From Camelus dromedarius (taxonomy: Eukaryota): a stretch of 64,000 nt of DNA. The notes under the pieces were generated by a model, which was given only the letters and a program-made list of their open reading frames with translations, did not search any database and was not told the origin of the DNA. Made by a program: the position numbers and the translations under genes. The first letter of the stretch is position 1; each line of letters starts with the position of its first letter. The DNA lies in assembly GCF_036321535.1 (NCBI RefSeq), contig NC_087436.1, positions 24,802,001 to 24,866,000 of the forward strand. The letters are read 5' to 3'. Below, one piece after another: positions 59,680 to 64,000 of the stretch.

Positions 59680-61950
59680 TAACCCAGTGTTCCTTTTCCC
59701 ATCCTTTTAAGTAGGTTTCTTATAGTGATCATATAGTTGGGTCTTGCTTTTTTATTGTTGTTGTTTTGGTCCCATCTGAATAATTCTCCTTTTTAATTGG
59801 GGTGTTTAATTGTTTAATTGGGGTAAAAACCATTTACATTTAATGTGATTATTGATAGAGCTGGCTTAAAATGGACTCTCTTATTGTTTGTTTTCTGTTT
59901 GACCCATGCCTTTGTTCTTCCCTGTCTTCTTTTGGATTTTTAAAATTATTCCATTTATCTATTTTGTTGGCTAGTATACTAGTTCTAACTCTTTGTTTTG
60001 TATTTTTTAGTGGTTGTTTTATGGTTTATAGTATAGATCTTTAATTTGTCTTAGTCTACCTTAAAGTGATATTATACCACTTCATGTGTGTATAAGATCT
60101 TAACAACAATAAAATTCCATTTCCCACATCCTGGCCATTGTATTATTATTGTTATACATTTTACTTCTACATACATTGTAAACCCCACACAACATTATAA
60201 TTTCTGTTTTAACAAGTCAATCTGTTAAAGGTATATAAAAACTAAGAACAAAGATTCTTTATATTTATCCACGTAATTCCCGTTTTTGGCATTCTTCATT
60301 TCTTTATGTAGATCTAGATTTCCATCTGGTTTTCTTTCTGCCTGAATGACTTTCTTAAATATCTCATGTAGGGCAGGTCAGCTGGTGATGAATTCTTCCA
60401 GGTCTTGTATATCTGAAAAGTCTTTATCTTGACTTTATTTTAGGGTATAGAATTCAAGGTTGACTTTTTTTCCCTTTCAGTACTTTAAGTATGTTGTTCT
60501 TCTGGTTTGCATTCTTTCCAAAGAGAAGTCTACTCTCATTCTTATTTTGTTCTTCTGTCCATGATATTTCTTTCTATTCTGGCTGCTTTTAAGATTTTTT
60601 TTTTTCTTTATCATTGGTTTTAAGCATTTCAGTTATGATGTATCTTAGTTTAATTTTCTCCATGTTTCTAGGCTTGGGGTTCTTGGAGCTTCTTGGAGCT
60701 GTGGGTTCAAAATTTTCATCAAATGTGAGAAAAAAAATCAGCTGTTACTTTTCAAATGTTTTTCATATACTCCTTTTCCTCTCCTTTGGAGACTCCCACT
60801 GAATGTAGTTTCACAGATCATTGTTGCTTTGTTTATTTTTGTAAAAAAATCTCTTTTTACTTTTTGTTTCATTCCTGGGCTAGGGGTCAAAGTTCACTGA
60901 TTTTTTATTTCTGCAATGTCTAATCTGCTGGTAATTCCATTTAACATCAAAGATATTTTTTAAATCTCAGTCATTATTTTTAAAAAATCTCTTGAAGTTT
61001 GTTTTTATTTTTTAAAAATTTCTTTCATGTCTTTACTAATCTGAGCAATTTTTCATCTAGCTTTTTGAAAATGTAATAATTATTTTAATGTCTTTGCTAA
61101 TTCTACCAGTTATGTTAGTTCTGGGTCAGTTTTGCTTGATTTATTTTTATCCTCATTATGGGTTGTATTTTCTTCCCTCTTTGCATGCCTGGTGATTTTT
61201 GATTAGATGCCAGACATTGTAATTCTACTTTGTTGACTGTTGGATATTTTTGAAATGTTTATAAATATTTTTGAGCTTTGTTTTGGGATGCAGTTCAGTA
61301 ACTTTAATGGTTTGATTTTTTTAGGCTTCCTTTTAAACCTTGTGAGGCAGGACCAGAGCAGCATTTAGCTTGCATCTAATATTGCCCCAATACTGAGGCA
61401 ATACCTTCTAGACACTCTATTTGATATCTCATGAATTCAATGATTTCCCTCTCTGACGGGTGGGAACAGACACTATTTCTGATCTTTGTGAATTCCAAAG
61501 ATTTTTCCCTCTGCTTTTCTGTTCTGCTTCTTTCCTCAGTCTCACGTAGTTTTTTCAGACACATGTGCTAACCAGTACTACTATGAAATTTCAAGTGGAA
61601 TCTTCCGCAGTTCCTGTAATTTCTCCTCTCTGGTACTCTGCTTTACAATCCCTGGGAGTCTTGTCCTCCCTGGGTCCTCAGCTTTATTTCTTCAACTGAG
61701 ATCCCTCTAAGCTCCTTCTGGCTTCCTTCTCTATGTGCTACATCATGGAAACTCTCTTCAAGCAGTTAGCTGAGGTATTATAGGATTTATCTCATTTGTT
61801 TTTCCCTCTCTTAGTAATCACTGTTCTGTGTTGTCTAATGTTCAATGTCCTAAAACTATTTTTTCCATATATTTTGTCTGTCTTTTAGTTGCTTTAGGTG
61901 GGAGGATAAATCAGTTCTCTGATCCCCATCATGATTGATAGCATAAATCT
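59680..61950 (-). mobile_element. Old L1 (L1MC/MD/ME-like) 5'/ORF1-region fragment, ~2.3 kb
   Basis: Very T-rich antisense L1: GTTTCTTATAG...CATATAGTTGGGTCTTGCTTT...CCATTTACATTTAATGTGATTATTG...GGGTATAGAATTC...TTGCATGCCTGGTGATTTTTGATTAGATGCCAGACATTGT...GGTGGGAGGATAAATC. Confidence 0.82.
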
Positions 61951-62643
61951 CTGTTAATCGTATTTGATTTAAAGCTTATCAACCTATCAAAGTACATTTC
62001 TAAAACTGGAAAAGTTTCATGTGCCTTTGCAGGAAATATATTGAATCTGATTAAGTTTTCCCATTACTTGGGTTCCCATCTGTTAATCTGTCATCTGCTA
62101 ACAAGAATATGGCAGTAAGTCTTCTATCATCAATTTATTAGTCAATTTTTCTATATGCAAAGTGGGTACAGTTCTGTCAGCCTTCAGCTTTCATAGAGTA
62201 TATATACCTCATTCATAAAGGTACAAAGAAATATTCATCATCAGGCAATGGTTAAAAAATCTTTGGAAATAGAACTTTACAAATGCAAAGTTAGCAGTAT
62301 ACGTTTCATGGCTAAAAACCAAAGTAGCACTAGATCCTTCCATTTCTAGAATTCCATAATTTTGTTTTTATGATATCTGCAAAGTGGGACAAATGTAGAA
62401 TTATTGTCTTTTTAATATTTACTAAGAAGAATCCTTCAAAAAGAAGTCTACCATGTTCAGCATAAATGGAATATCAAAGGCTTTTGTTAAAATGAAATGA
62501 AGGATTTAGCGATATAAATATTTCTTGAATAATTAGCTTTGGAATAAAAGACCAAGAGAAATAACAACAAATAAATTCTTCAATTGTGCTTTTCTTCAAG
62601 ACACTATTGGTTTTTGTGAGTTCTTTCTCTGTCTGCTTGCAAG

Positions 62644-62846
62644 TTTATTTATTTATTTTTTCTTTCTCCATTATAAAAAATTGAAGTATAGTTGATTTAC
62701 AGTGTTTGTTAGTTACAGGTGTACCACACAGTGATTCAGTTGTACATGTTGTTTTTCATTACAGGTTACTATTAGCCATTGAATGTAGTTCCCTGTGTTA
62801 TACAGTAGGACCTTGTTTATCTGTCCTGTACTTAGTAGTTTGCATG
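62644..62846 (-). mobile_element. Short L1 3'UTR end
   Basis: ATTGAAGTATAGTTGATTTACAGTGT...TTACAGGTGTAC...AGTGATTCAG...GTAGTTCCCTGTGTTATACAGTAGGACCTTGTT, the same family motif as 44691-45188. Confidence 0.85.
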
Positions 62847-63612
62847 CGCGTTTATATATATGTATATCTATGTTTGTGTGTGTATGATATTATTACAACT
62901 GGAAGAACTGTGTGGATCATCTACTACCACTCTGATAACTTAGAGAAACCTCTATCTAATAGAATTCATGCCTTGAGTTCCTGGCACAGTAGGACGAAAA
63001 TACACATCTCCTAACTGCAAATCTAGTAACATTTCCTCTCTGCTTGTTTCTGTATTTCTTCTTTTTTTTCCTTTTCTTTTTTCTTTCTTTTTTTTTTTTT
63101 TTACAATGGAGAGGTAGAGAAAAAAATACCTGGAAAGATTTTTTATTATCTGACATCACAACTCATTTTTTCCTATTGAAATGATTTTTTTCTATGTAAG
63201 CAATAGGTTATTTGGTAGTTGGGCATGGTTATCTAAGGCCATGGGTTCATTGTATCATGTATTCAGTGTTGAATTACAAAACCATTTTATTTTATATGTT
63301 AGTATCCACATCATATTTGTTAATCTGTCATTTTACAATAGTCATTAAAAATAGAGGGAACAGTTTCTTATAGTTTCTGGTACTTTTTACCAAAATAATT
63401 TTCCCAATGGACACATCATTTATCAAGCATTCCATCTGTCCTGCACCTTCTACCCCTAACAAAATGCAATCACTCAAAAAAACAGTTACAAACTACATTT
63501 ATCTGCTAATCATTCTTCAGCACTCAGGTCAATAGTCTTAATGAAGTGCAGTCTCTTTTCTACCAAAAAAAAAGTCTTGTGTTGCATGAAGTACAGTTTT
63601 ACAGAATAGTGT

Positions 63613-64000
63613 CTTTGGTAGATAAAAATGGCCACAAATACTTTACAATTTCTTCTATCAAGAGGTGGAGCAATTTCCCTGCTGCTCATTATGTCTGAGC
63701 TATCTTTTCCCCACTGCTTGTGTCTGGGGTATCTTGAGACTCACTTTGATCAATACATTATGGCAAAAGTGACATTATGTGAGATCTGAGCCAAGACCTT
63801 AGAAGACTTGGAAGCTTTTGTTTTAGTTCTCTTAGAACCCTGCCTCCTGGAGGGTGAGAGAGACCCAGATACCCCGCTTATCTCAGCCATTCCAGTTGTG
63901 CCAGCTAAGATCCCAGACATGTAGTGAGCCCAGGTGACACCACATGGAGCAGAGATGAAACTGTTCCAGGTGAATCCCTTCCAAATTGCTGATCCACAGA
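63613..64000 (+). mobile_element. MaLR LTR (MLT1F/G-like), cut by the window end
   Basis: AAAAATGGCCACAAAT...ATCAAGAGGTGGAG...CTTTGATCAATA...ATGGCAAAAGTGAC...CCCAGACATGT...ACCACATGGAGCAGAGATGA...CCAAATTGCTGATCCACAGA. Confidence 0.82.

Noticed and set aside
1..64000. Remaining 60-160 aa ORFs in the six-frame track
   Set aside because: Length and number are as expected for random mammalian DNA. Many lie in repeats or start at non-ATG codons, and none resembles a protein family I recognise.

Overview
Mammalian, repeat-rich, CpG-depleted non-coding DNA, very probably camelid (Camelus/Lama/Vicugna): it carries six tRNA-Ala-derived vic-1-type SINEs, five with the AAATAAACCTAATT tail. I recognise no host protein-coding exon, functional RNA gene, CRISPR array or prokaryote-type system. 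The only ORFs with recognisable homology are LINE-1 ORF2 pieces inside a ~2.2-kb, fairly young L1 insertion (17821-19998) with a clean twin-priming 5' inversion and a 17-bp TSD. The rest is layered transposon history: L1 3' ends with TSDs, old L1M, L2, L3/CR1, MIR, MaLR (MLT1) LTRs, two ERV1-class solo LTRs and hAT elements. Between these lie unique, motif-dense segments that look like developmental enhancers (notably ~4130-4455, 32770-33060 and 48600-49700). The window is probably a large intron or gene desert. I found no evidence for a previously undescribed biological system. Repeat subfamily names come from visual recognition, and boundaries of old repeats are approximate. Enhancer and exon candidates are hypotheses that need alignment or expression data.
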